A DNA stretch of 32,000 nt from Candidatus Saccharimonadota bacterium (GTDB lineage: Bacteria > Patescibacteriota > Patescibacteriia > 2-12-FULL-60-25): positions 870,001 through 902,000 of the forward strand of contig OY970357.1 in NCBI GenBank assembly GCA_963718585.1, given 5' to 3'. A program made the translations under genes and the position numbers. A model generated the notes under the pieces. The model ran no database searches, was not told the DNA's origin, and saw only the letters and a program-made list of their open reading frames with translations. Below, piece after piece: positions 8,201 to 17,104 of this stretch; positions within the stretch are counted from its first letter, which is position 1, and every line of letters begins with the position of its first letter.

Positions 8201-11200
8201 CCGAATTCCTTGCCGAACCGAATGGGGCGTTCTTCGTCGAGTACGTGTCACCCAGCACGGGTACGGTGTAATTCGCGTCCTGCTGGATGCGATCCATGAA
8301 CGGTGTCGCATCTCTTGTATCCGGGGCCACGACCTGCGCGACCTGATGACAGATATCGCTGTGACCGACCACGAGACCCATATAGATCGCGCTCTCGCTT
8401 TGTCCGCCTGGCATGGATGCTGTGACCCAAAAGCCGACGAAACGGAACGGACCCGCGAGCTGCTGCGGATTCATCTCCTCCGTCGCAATGCCATTCTCGT
8501 CCTTGTTCGTGTCCTCGAACATCGCGCGGATCGAGAAGAACGGCTTGCTTGAATCGCTCTTTTGATAATAGACGTACGGCTCATCGAACTTCACCGGTCC
8601 GCCATATTCCGGCCACTGCATGCGGAACTCCTTTTGACCGGAGTTCTGGTACCCGATCTCCCAGTACCGATAGAAACAGTTCTCGTCATTCGGCGGCTTA
8701 TCACCATCATACTTACACGGAACCTTTTGAAGCGCCGTCCCATCGCTATTCATGAAATTCTGTGCCGAATCCGGCCCCATGGTCTGACTGAAATTCTGAT
8801 TGAAATGCTTCAGCCAGTCGTTCGTCCCCTTGTTGAGATCATCCGTGTTGTCGTAACTATCCACACTGACGCCGGCCCAGTTGCCGCTGAATCCGCATCC
8901 GATGATCCCGTTGCCCGGATTCGACATGGGTTTGAATGTGAAGTTCGAGAAATTCCGCTCGAGCATGGCATCGCACGCCGAGGAATCTGGATGAGTCAAA
9001 CAATAGTCCGGAGCTTTATCTAACTGATAGAGGAATTTCGCCCACTGCGGACCGTTGAAGCCGATGAAGTATTCATCATAACTCCTCCCGGAACCGCGAC
9101 CCGTCTGGATCCAGCGACCGTAGGCCTGTGAGGCCATATGACTCGAATTGATCAGGCCGAATCCCGAGGTGATACCGCCAGCAAAAGTATAAGACTCGAC
9201 CGTGCTCCACGCGCTCGGATTCCCGCCATTCTCCTGGTCATCCGCCTGCTCACACTGAGACCCCATGGACCCGCCATCTGCACTGTTCCCATCGATGAAC
9301 GTCCCGTCGTTCCCAGCGCAGGCGAAACAGCTTCCATCCGAAACATAATCTTCATCGAAGTTGAACTGACCCTTTCCTTTCATCTGCCCCGGCGCACCGA
9401 GCCAACTTTCGCTCGCGGGGATCGCCGTCGTCTTTGGCGGAAGCGCATTCGCGACGCAGTAGTATTCTCCGCTGTTCGCAGGCGGCAGATATCCGGCGGT
9501 CGGCTGATAGTGATAGATATCGCTCTGACCGAAGAGCACAGGCGTCGGATCCCACACGAGACACGGATTATGCTCCTGCGACCCGCCGATGACGCGCGAC
9601 GGATCACGCTGGAGGCACTGGCCGTATTGCCCACGAACCAACGCGATCGTATCGATCGGTGAACAGACACCAGACCCGCACTGATTGAACGTACCTGTAC
9701 TCGTCGCAACGGCACTGCCTTGCGTGCTCCCGTCTGTTTTTGGAACCTCTCCACCCGCATTGCCCGCTCCCGTATCGCAGGATACCCCGTCTTTCTGGCC
9801 CCCGACGCAGATCCCGCTCGGCGGTGTCTGCCCGTAGAGCTGGTAATATAACGTCTTTCCGCCATAACTGATCTTCCGATAGCTGCACGAACAATTCTCC
9901 CCATACTGACAAAAAGTCGCGCTATCATATCCATCCGCTACCTTGGAAGGTTGCGGCGGATCCTTGGTCAGATCCCAGTTCTTCACATACCACGTGGGGA
10001 ACGGCGAAGAAGATTCTGGATAAGCTTTGCACTCCGCCGGCGGAAACGCATCCGAGAGTGGTTGGAAAATGGCTGGGTCCTTCAACTGTTGGAACATGAC
10101 GGCCGCATTCTCCGCATTTCGCGGGTTGGTGTTCGACTGTCCGAATAGCTCTGCCGCACTCTGGACATACGGTGCATCGATCGCAAGATAACAATTCTTC
10201 GGTTCCGCAGGGATACGTGCAGGCGGCACCGCCTTGGATTGTTCTTCAGCACTGACGAGGTAGTACCCGACCTGTCCCGTCGCCACACTGCGGCACAGAT
10301 TCAGATAGGGATACTTCGGATCGACATAGAGTGCCGCAGCTCCTTTGCAGGTGCTCTTCAGTTGCGATGCCCCGCCTGACTGGAGAGCGTTCGCGCATGC
10401 GTTAACTGCCGCGTTGTAGTCACTGACTGTAGTGCCGTTAATTTGAGAAACGATCGGCAAGGCGGCGGTAAGCCGATAATCATGGATATATGTATCTTTC
10501 GTGTTGTCATTCAATCCGGCAAGAAGCTCATACCCAACGCGACGCGTCGAGTAATCGGCGATCTGATAATGGTTCGGCAATGCATACCCGCTGTAATCAG
10601 GGTCACTGAAGCCGGTCGGCCGATCCATGTATGTGGGAAGATCAAGGAAGACCCCCTGTCGCAAGACCGGCTCATAGAATCCTTCTCCCTGCTTCGGGAC
10701 GGGCGCGGTCGGAGAACGATCCACGTAATGCGCGCAGAAATTCTTCGACGTGGACCCACCTGGTTGATCGCACACCTTGAGGTCCGTGCAAATGTCCACG
10801 TATTTTTGCTGGGATGGATCATAGACCGTCTCCGCCGTGGCGCATCCGAGCCAGGTCTGACAGTCACGGTCAAGTTTGACCTTCACGACCGTATTCGCGT
10901 CATTGACCATACACGTCCCCTTGACGTCATAGCCATCTGGATCCGCGTATGCCGACGTATGCGAACAATCCGTATCGGTCGTACACGATGCCCCTGACTT
11001 TTGTGAGATGAAGTTCGGCGCGCTATCTGCTGCATTTGGATTGCATCCATTCCCTCCACAACCAAGTTGAACGAGATCCTGACACGTTCCGGCATTTTTA
11101 CACGCCGCATTCGAAGGATCCGTCACGCAGTTCACCGCCGCGACCGGGTTGTCATTTTCTTGTTTTAACTTGGCGTACGTCGCCTTCGATGAATATAACA

Positions 11201-14200
11201 ACTGGCTATTGCCCATGTCTCGGAAAAGCACGCATCCATTCAGCGGATCCGCGATGCCGTTGCAGGTCGAGAGATCAAGCTTATTGTTCGCGATGAAGAA
11301 ATAGGACTTTCCGCCCGGATGCGCCGGGTCCGTATGATCGTTCGGGTCGCGATATTCCGTGCACTCGGACTGATCCTGCGGACATAGCTCCGTCCATCCA
11401 CGATAATTCGGTGCCGCGGAGAAGGACATGAGGAAGTTGTTCCCGCTCGAAAGCAGATCCGGGTAACACGGTTCAGGAGGATCCACGCCTTGGACGAAGA
11501 ACCCGGAATATTCACCAGCGGGAAAGGTCGTCCCGTACTTGGTCACCGTGTCCGGCAAAAGGACACGCTCACGCCATTCGCATGCATGGTTCCCCATGGC
11601 CGCCGGGTCACGGAAATAAGCAGCCGTCTGTCCGCTCTGGAACGCATCGCAGAACAACGCACTCGGGCGACACAACATGTCGGGATTCCCATTCCCGTCG
11701 ACATACTTGGTGATGTCATCCTTCAGATAGACGGTCTTATATCCGCTCGGCTGACCATCTGCACTAAAGGTCGGTTTGCCAAAGGCGCGACATGACTCCT
11801 GTGAGGCATCACAATGCGCTGACGGTTCATCAATGAGGTAGGCATACCGATCTGCTGGCCGGGTGACCGTGTTGTCACCGGCATAATAGGAATCCCAATT
11901 CTTCGCATTCGGTCCGGACGGGGCCGAAAGACCTTTCATCGTGAAAGACTGCGCGGACGCATCGTCAGAATTGCGCGTGTCGACGAAGGCCGAACACCCG
12001 ATCGCCTGCTCTTTACAGAGTCGGGAGAACTGACGAACATCTACGGTATTCCCCAGGCGATCAGTGTATTCCCGACATCCAAGCATTGCTTGTGGCTGAG
12101 GCACTCCCTGCGCCGTCTGGTCACATTCGGCTGGAGTGGTCCACGAATCCTTCTTCACGTAGATCGCATCCTGCAGACGGGATACACGGATCTCGTCGAG
12201 ATACGTGACGTTCGTCAACGAATTGAACTCGAGGAAGACCTGGCCCGGTGCACTTGTGCGGAACGGACCGATCTCATACCGCGCCCAGTCCGTCCCGAGC
12301 GTGAATGAGCCAACGGTTGTCTTTCCGACCACGATCTTGCTGTTCGGATCGTGCGACGCATCAGTGGTCTTGGCCCAGAACGAGACCGTATACAGCGTGT
12401 CCGTCGTCGCCTCGAACGGAAGTTTGATCCCGACGTATTTTTGATTGGCCGTGGTCTCGAGTTTCAACGAATAATCTCCGACCAAGAGAGATTCTGTAGA
12501 GTAGGATACATTCGTCGAACCATCTCCGAAATACGGCGTCGTACTCGTCGCCCCTGCAAAACTCTCATGAAGGACCGTATAGGTATTCCGACCCGTCGTT
12601 CCGATATATCCGCGGCATCCGGCGTTATCCGCCTGACAGGTGTTGCTTGCCGATGGCAGGATCTTGTAGAGACAATCCTTCGTGCCCGCACCCCCCGACG
12701 TTCCGCCCGTCTTGGCACAATCAGCTGGCGTCGAATTGCTCTTCCGATAGTCCACACACGCATCGGAAGAGACCACGGTCTGCGAGAAGAATCGATAGAA
12801 GATCTTCCCGGCTTCATCATAGAACTGACGACAATCCGTATCTGCACCGCTCTGCCAGAACGTATCCGTACATAACTCCGGCTTCTTTAGGATCCCATCC
12901 GGGCCGGCTTTGTGCAGGATCTTCGGACCGCCCGCCGTCTCCGTCGGAGATCCAAGATCATCCTGCGGATTTGTCGGATCCTCCTTGATCAAACTCCACG
13001 TCCGCAGCTGATATCCCGTCGTATCAGAACCTTCCCAGGTGAAGTAGGTTCGGCTGTTATCGTTCGGCTTCTCACAGGCACGCGCGTACGTGTAGTACGC
13101 CTTCGCCTCCCCGCCGGCAGAGGACGTTTCGAGGTTCGTGAACTCCTCACATCCCGCCTGCGCCGCCGTACACTGCTGTGCCTGCTTGGGGATGAAGGTC
13201 GCGTTCGTATCATCCTGTGCATCGTCTAAGAACGTGTCGGGGCTGTGTGTCAGATCGAACGCGGAGGGCAACTTCTGATACTGAGCATATCCGACACAGG
13301 AGTTCGGGCAGTAATCGTTCGCGCTCAGGATGGCCGGCACTTCGGTCGGATCGCCTCCACTCGTATCGGTATACCCCTGACACCCCACATCGCCCTGACT
13401 GCAGACCCGCGCAAAATCTCCGCAATGCGGATTATCTTTGTTCGCATCGCCCGTACACGCAAGCTCCTCCGGAGCGATCTTGAGGTGATCCGCGCGGAGC
13501 CCACGATTCACCCCGTCGACATATGCGGTCGCCGCATTCCCCTCTTCCAACTGGACCGCATCGATCTTCGCATTGGCTCCCTGCACGATGACGTTCGCCT
13601 GTGCCGCGTCCTTATTCGTCACGAATTCGCACGTTGCGCGCACCCACGTGTCCGTCAAATTATTATTCGTAACTCCTGGAGAGGTCTGACTCTGACTCGA
13701 ACAATTCGAACTTCGGAAGTATCCCTGACCGACCGGCGGAGTCGCGACGACCTTCCCCGAAGCATCCAAAAGCTGAACGTTGACGGCCGAGCTGCCTCCC
13801 GCATTGAAATCACCGATCTTTGCATAAAAGGAAACGACGTAATTCCGCAATGGCGCGACGGCGACAGATTCCGTCAATGAATTCGCCGTATCCAAGACCG
13901 CTGCCTGATTCCCGTCTTCCGCATCCCCCTCACCTTCCGGATTCGCAACATAGGTATACGTTCCATTCGGAGTCCATATATCCAACGCATTCGGATCCGC
14001 GTCCGATGGGTTCTCAAACGAGCTGTTCTGCACCAGATTCAATGCCGGCTGACCGGGCTCGACATGATAGACCTTCGTGCATCCGTCACCGGACGCGTCA
14101 CATGGTTGAGCGGTCGCGTCGAAGTACACGCGTGGCATTGCCGCCCCTTTCGCAAGGTTCAGCGACGGATACGCCTTTGGAAGATTCAACTTGATGCTCG

Positions 14201-16148
14201 ACGGGTCTCCGGTCGATGTCGTACTCACCCACGCGACCGTCGAGGTGACCGACGGATCCTCGGTCGTCGCATAGAACATGCAGCCGACATTGTCCTGGTT
14301 GCACTGTCCGTAATCCAGCGTGTTCCGAACATACGAGACCTGCTGCCCGTTGCTCGCACTCCCCTGACGGGTCGTATACGTCCGACAGGATGCGTATTTC
14401 TCTTCACAGACATCTGCACTGAATCGCCAAACCGTTTTTTCAGAGAGACAATATCCGTATCCACCGACGCAGTTCCCCTTATCGTCCCGCTTGAGACAAG
14501 AGACGACGTCCTGACACTCCTGTTGTCGGCTCCCTGCGGCATCCACCGTATCGCTGTACCCCCGTGTCTGGCACTGGAATGGCGGTGCGGTCAAAACCCA
14601 TGACGGATCGATCAAATGACACCAGGGGTGCCCCGCATCCGCCTCGTCCTTGGCATTACAGACATTGAAACCGCGGATCACTTCGCCGAGCGTCACATAT
14701 CTTCCGTTCGCTTTCTTGTTGAACGGTGAATTCGCGGCCAGTTCCCAACCGATCGGGATGATACGGGCAAACCGCAGCTTCGCGAGGTTCGAGGAACAGT
14801 ACGCACGCTGATAACAGCTCGGATCCTGGTTGTCCTTTGCTTCAGACTCCGGGATCAACTCCCAGTCGGAATGCAGATATTGCTGACCCGAGACCCCCTG
14901 CGTATTCCCCAAGCCCGCGGCACGTGCGACCGTGTACGCCCCATTCTCCGTGGCACTTTGAAGCGCGCTCGCGAGACCGCTATCCATGGAACACCCCCAC
15001 GTCCCGCGCGGCGTCGGACATGATGAGAGCTCGAAGAGGAAATTCTGCTTGTCTGATGAAACAAGGTTCGGCGTGATGAAATCACTGATGATCGCCGCCT
15101 TCTGCTTTGCGGATTTATCCTGTGCGGATCGCTGAAGATCGACGTTCAACAGGTTCGTATTGTCGTTCCCGCTCCCGATCCAGTTGAAGAACTTTTGGAC
15201 CAGACCGACGGCGAGTGTATTCAGGAAGACCGCACCGGCGAATTCCGGCAACTGCGACAAGCCGGCATTGAACGCCATCAAGGCCTCGGTCGAGGCGAGG
15301 TTTTGTGCATTCTCCTTCGCGAGCTGGATCGGATTCGAAGCCTGCAACGCCTGCTGTGCAGCCAAAGCAGGGGTCGTGATGTTCCCCGCGGCATCCTGCA
15401 GAAGCTTGAACCCTTTCCCCTCCTGTCGATCGAAGGTATACGCCTCCTTCGTGTTCAGGAATTCATCGAGGAATTTCTGATTGCTCGAAAGCGCGAGGCT
15501 CGCGCCATTCTGACCCGGTGAGTTCGCGCGCAAAAGCGTGTCACGGAGTGCCTGCTCATTGAACGCCTGGTATGTGGTCTTGAAATTGGTCGCGATCGTC
15601 TCGAACGTACAATCAGGCTGCTGTAACGGAATGCGGGAAAGTCCCAACGACAACTTGAGATCCAGCGTGATCGGCTGACAGATGTCGATCCCCAGCTCGC
15701 TCTTCAGGTACTGATCATTGAACGAACTGATCATGACGTTGAACGAATTCGTCACGACATCTTTGAAGAACCCACCCCACCCTTTGCTATAGAAGGTCGG
15801 TTCCCCGTTGAACCCGGTCAACACCCAATCGGCCATGTCGGTCATGATCCGTTGGGTGAAGTAGCTGAGACCATTCAAGATGGACGTCGCGACCGCAAAC
15901 TGCCAGGTCTTCTGCAGCTGATCTTTGATCGCGGCGTTCATCTGATTGACGAACTCATAATAATGACACTCATTGATCACCCCGGTTCCGACAGAGAGGA
16001 ATGAGCAGGGATAGAATGGTGACCCAACAGGGAACTGCGTATCCGCCTTTGCCGGGGTCGGGATCCCTGATGTGACGATCACAAGCATGGTAAGCGCCAC
16101 CACGGTCGCACCCTTTGCCAAGTTCCGGTACCAATCACGTCCGATCAT
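5262..16148 (-). CDS. giant secreted/surface Cys-rich protein, 3,628 aa (signal peptide, two CBM/concanavalin-like jelly rolls, split PKD-like C-terminus); whole-protein family unknown
   Basis: It is a single uninterrupted 10,887-nt ORF. The N-terminus MIGRDWYRNLAKGATVVALTMLVIVTSGIPTPAKA/DT looks like a Sec signal with an A-x-A site. The first ~370 aa are Cys-poor (4 Cys by my count). Cys density then rises: 17 Cys in aa ~370-700 and 22 Cys in the last 293 aa. Module signatures are described in the findings. Terminators follow the stop codon. Confidence 0.9.
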   Translation of the reverse strand: MIGRDWYRNLAKGATVVALTMLVIVTSGIPTPAKADTQFPVGSPFYPCSFLSVGTGVINECHYYEFVNQMNAAIKDQLQKTWQFAVATSILNGLSYFTQRIMTDMADWVLTGFNGEPTFYSKGWGGFFKDVVTNSFNVMISSFNDQYLKSELGIDICQPITLDLKLSLGLSRIPLQQPDCTFETIATNFKTTYQAFNEQALRDTLLRANSPGQNGASLALSSNQKFLDEFLNTKEAYTFDRQEGKGFKLLQDAAGNITTPALAAQQALQASNPIQLAKENAQNLASTEALMAFNAGLSQLPEFAGAVFLNTLAVGLVQKFFNWIGSGNDNTNLLNVDLQRSAQDKSAKQKAAIISDFITPNLVSSDKQNFLFELSSCPTPRGTWGCSMDSGLASALQSATENGAYTVARAAGLGNTQGVSGQQYLHSDWELIPESEAKDNQDPSCYQRAYCSSNLAKLRFARIIPIGWELAANSPFNKKANGRYVTLGEVIRGFNVCNAKDEADAGHPWCHLIDPSWVLTAPPFQCQTRGYSDTVDAAGSRQQECQDVVSCLKRDDKGNCVGGYGYCLSEKTVWRFSADVCEEKYASCRTYTTRQGSASNGQQVSYVRNTLDYGQCNQDNVGCMFYATTEDPSVTSTVAWVSTTSTGDPSSIKLNLPKAYPSLNLAKGAAMPRVYFDATAQPCDASGDGCTKVYHVEPGQPALNLVQNSSFENPSDADPNALDIWTPNGTYTYVANPEGEGDAEDGNQAAVLDTANSLTESVAVAPLRNYVVSFYAKIGDFNAGGSSAVNVQLLDASGKVVATPPVGQGYFRSSNCSSQSQTSPGVTNNNLTDTWVRATCEFVTNKDAAQANVIVQGANAKIDAVQLEEGNAATAYVDGVNRGLRADHLKIAPEELACTGDANKDNPHCGDFARVCSQGDVGCQGYTDTSGGDPTEVPAILSANDYCPNSCVGYAQYQKLPSAFDLTHSPDTFLDDAQDDTNATFIPKQAQQCTAAQAGCEEFTNLETSSAGGEAKAYYTYARACEKPNDNSRTYFTWEGSDTTGYQLRTWSLIKEDPTNPQDDLGSPTETAGGPKILHKAGPDGILKKPELCTDTFWQSGADTDCRQFYDEAGKIFYRFFSQTVVSSDACVDYRKSNSTPADCAKTGGTSGGAGTKDCLYKILPSASNTCQADNAGCRGYIGTTGRNTYTVLHESFAGATSTTPYFGDGSTNVSYSTESLLVGDYSLKLETTANQKYVGIKLPFEATTDTLYTVSFWAKTTDASHDPNSKIVVGKTTVGSFTLGTDWARYEIGPFRTSAPGQVFLEFNSLTNVTYLDEIRVSRLQDAIYVKKDSWTTPAECDQTAQGVPQPQAMLGCREYTDRLGNTVDVRQFSRLCKEQAIGCSAFVDTRNSDDASAQSFTMKGLSAPSGPNAKNWDSYYAGDNTVTRPADRYAYLIDEPSAHCDASQESCRAFGKPTFSADGQPSGYKTVYLKDDITKYVDGNGNPDMLCRPSALFCDAFQSGQTAAYFRDPAAMGNHACEWRERVLLPDTVTKYGTTFPAGEYSGFFVQGVDPPEPCYPDLLSSGNNFLMSFSAAPNYRGWTELCPQDQSECTEYRDPNDHTDPAHPGGKSYFFIANNKLDLSTCNGIADPLNGCVLFRDMGNSQLLYSSKATYAKLKQENDNPVAAVNCVTDPSNAACKNAGTCQDLVQLGCGGNGCNPNAADSAPNFISQKSGASCTTDTDCSHTSAYADPDGYDVKGTCMVNDANTVVKVKLDRDCQTWLGCATAETVYDPSQQKYVDICTDLKVCDQPGGSTSKNFCAHYVDRSPTAPVPKQGEGFYEPVLRQGVFLDLPTYMDRPTGFSDPDYSGYALPNHYQIADYSTRRVGYELLAGLNDNTKDTYIHDYRLTAALPIVSQINGTTVSDYNAAVNACANALQSGGASQLKSTCKGAAALYVDPKYPYLNLCRSVATGQVGYYLVSAEEQSKAVPPARIPAEPKNCYLAIDAPYVQSAAELFGQSNTNPRNAENAAVMFQQLKDPAIFQPLSDAFPPAECKAYPESSSPFPTWYVKNWDLTKDPPQPSKVADGYDSATFCQYGENCSCSYRKISYGGKTLYYQLYGQTPPSGICVGGQKDGVSCDTGAGNAGGEVPKTDGSTQGSAVATSTGTFNQCGSGVCSPIDTIALVRGQYGQCLQRDPSRVIGGSQEHNPCLVWDPTPVLFGQSDIYHYQPTAGYLPPANSGEYYCVANALPPKTTAIPASESWLGAPGQMKGKGQFNFDEDYVSDGSCFACAGNDGTFIDGNSADGGSMGSQCEQADDQENGGNPSAWSTVESYTFAGGITSGFGLINSSHMASQAYGRWIQTGRGSGRSYDEYFIGFNGPQWAKFLYQLDKAPDYCLTHPDSSACDAMLERNFSNFTFKPMSNPGNGIIGCGFSGNWAGVSVDSYDNTDDLNKGTNDWLKHFNQNFSQTMGPDSAQNFMNSDGTALQKVPCKYDGDKPPNDENCFYRYWEIGYQNSGQKEFRMQWPEYGGPVKFDEPYVYYQKSDSSKPFFSIRAMFEDTNKDENGIATEEMNPQQLAGPFRFVGFWVTASMPGGQSESAIYMGLVVGHSDICHQVAQVVAPDTRDATPFMDRIQQDANYTVPVLGDTYSTKNAPFGSARNSAPIGISPLYQVPGAMPGSDNKLRPPIWLSAGAEYANKGSVVPTGNWAWLTNIFARVYRVYRWYDRPVGKTSYACIDGPRFGAWCPTPASGATATDMTNASITYCGYAGTCNSKLIDASKGQALCNSLSGVNSGLPCSGDLGNQLEGYGVCHNAPMKLVQGQLQPQYTSCDLQSGWEQNNLTYTFKNVQDATMIKNANANTACNCQASGHSTCQAGDTIICQTAQAASDLGAMRCANNAVHYPVKYKNGKPDPNGDPVSVSCTKVASISQECPIEVLSGPDTNDGEQHAQCVNNHCTNGYEHAACTQSSDCEFTWIEWWNNGKDYPNPYPAGQGNFTIEGHKDYFWANAPYFETYGGGDDSTVNKPYTNVTLGDVGTNDWWIPSAGAGNRNDSSDGVKNGNDIGGKDLRKGRYLVFPSKAAELHKFPGVFVETPLPGDDYQIFIPGHCERPPVDKVPHTAPYDSSRYRGPGWTPGICEGGAYEGSNCTQNADCAPPDLSQTDVTKSGYFCQPVSTSGPNNALIPNSSASADYQGAVPSQYRISFDCDQASGDSHSQNLDTDNNLCTHNAGYYARADLCGDMPDRQECLTAIRQNDLSTIGSKTSNNLSLQSPPTDVTPGHYTPDYLAQINNNPNLFAALDQRYVSYYTPRPPTMAAPDTGHACQAAGQCGVARTNAFTFENQTEGKVAYVGGQAIATLRFYGWAADNQGPLTDAIVDWGDGQTTETHDAKMKNKKPFCGVSKECEFTPGLTCSSDADCPPGGGKCINTGFCNARPNVTCQTDSDCTVGIVTDKCVIRTTFGNTDSACEQNYFDYSHAYTCSKQQEASLPACGNEKRCSRDTDRKCTSDANCAVGDTCLSDLAPPGGCYDAQNAACRFTPRVQLKDAWGWCTGECRIQDLGGNQPGAGFSGGGYTNTILYQNGGCYDATRLYNVDNSKVPFSLGTGQGKSVTNTCDTTLPNLTPWRPWVVYPGALQLGVQS

Positions 16149-16864
16149 AGGCCGCTTGCGCTCGTCCCCCCGGTCGACGTCTGACCGGCGGATTGAGAGT
16201 CATATTGGCTCATCGCCTGATCATAGGCGTCCAACAGTTGCTGGTCCGTCGCAGTATCCAGGATGGATTGATCCACCTTCCCCTGCAGAGCCTGCCGGAT
16301 GACCGTCGGATCGCGAGGAATGGAGGATAGATCTGGCGAACCGGATCCTGCGGTCGCTGCAGCCGTTCCGCTGAGGTCGGCCGCGCTCGGCACGGTCGGC
16401 GCAGTGGGAGCAGACGGTGTTGGAATGGTGGGGAGCGCGAACGGCGTCCCGGACGATGTCAGCGCCGCCGAGACATCCATGAGCCCACCAGGATTCCCGC
16501 CGCCGTTCAGACACGCGATATTCTTCCCGGTCACGACACGAACATTGTCTGGGATCCCGTCACCACAGGAATCTTTAAGGTTGGGATTCGTATGAAAGAC
16601 GTTTATCTCATCCCAATCCGAAAGTCCGTCACCATCTGTGTCGGTCCGCTTCTGCCGCGCTTCATCTTCCGCCGGCGTCGTCCCGATCAATTGCTTCGTG
16701 GCGATGAGGTCTTGCTTGTTGACGAGGAACGGAGCGTACACGCTTTGTTGGATATGATAGAGAGAAAGCACAACAGCAAAGATCCCACAGACGCCCAAAA
16801 CCCAAACAGAGAGCTTCTGTTCGAGGGAAAAGCTTTGCCAGCGTTCACGGACAGATTGCCACAT
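16145..16864 (-). CDS. single-pass membrane protein with thrombospondin-type-3-like Ca-binding repeat and P/T/S/A-rich linker
   Basis: 239 aa. The TM helix is KLSVWVLGVCGIFAVVLSLY (aa ~17-36). The repeat TDTDGDGLSDWDEINVFHTNPNLKDSCGDGIPD (aa 73-106, nt 16547-16648) matches the D-x-D-x-D-G-x-x-D-x-x-E type. A low-complexity PTIPTPSAPTAPTVPS linker follows. The stop overlaps the giant-gene start in ATGA (16145-16148). Confidence 0.8.
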   Translation of the reverse strand: MWQSVRERWQSFSLEQKLSVWVLGVCGIFAVVLSLYHIQQSVYAPFLVNKQDLIATKQLIGTTPAEDEARQKRTDTDGDGLSDWDEINVFHTNPNLKDSCGDGIPDNVRVVTGKNIACLNGGGNPGGLMDVSAALTSSGTPFALPTIPTPSAPTAPTVPSAADLSGTAAATAGSGSPDLSSIPRDPTVIRQALQGKVDQSILDTATDQQLLDAYDQAMSQYDSQSAGQTSTGGTSASGL

Positions 16865-16935
16865 GCTGGGTCGTGGAATAATCGCTTGGCCTACAGGTCA
16901 AAATCTACATCGCGACCTCGCAGCTAAGCGAAAAA

Positions 16936-16944
16936 AGTATAGCA
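16936..16944 (-). promoter_or_regulatory. candidate extended -10 promoter (TGCTATACT) for the two-gene giant cassette
   Basis: The minus strand reads caTGCTATACTttttt. It lies ~70 nt upstream of the ATG at 16864, and no good -35 was found. The identical 9-mer precedes hsp20. Confidence 0.35.
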
Positions 16945-17050
16945 TGTTCGGAAGGAAGACTGTAGGCGATAAAGTCCGAAGGTGAGAGGAATGGGCATCC
17001 TCCGATCAAATCGGGTGATCCGAGCGAAAAGAGAACACGATCGTATCAAA

Positions 17051-17072
17051 GATCCCCGCATTCACGGGGATC
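17051..17072 (-). terminator. hairpin downstream of hsp20 (probable terminator, possibly bidirectional)
   Basis: GATCCCCG-CATTCA-CGGGGATC is an 8-bp stem located 33 nt after the hsp20 stop. The T-rich flank is better on the + strand (CTTTTCTTTGTTT) than on the minus strand (TTTGAT), so function and orientation are uncertain. Confidence 0.4.
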
Positions 17073-17104
17073 CTTTTCTTTGTTTCGTATCTCTTTGTCC
17101 ACCC

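Noticed and set aside
16888-16968. An 8-bp inverted repeat GCCTACAG...CTGTAGGC flanks the candidate promoter of the giant cassette.
   Set aside because: The arms are ~65 nt apart and only one arm would be in the predicted transcript. The repeat is short enough to be chance.
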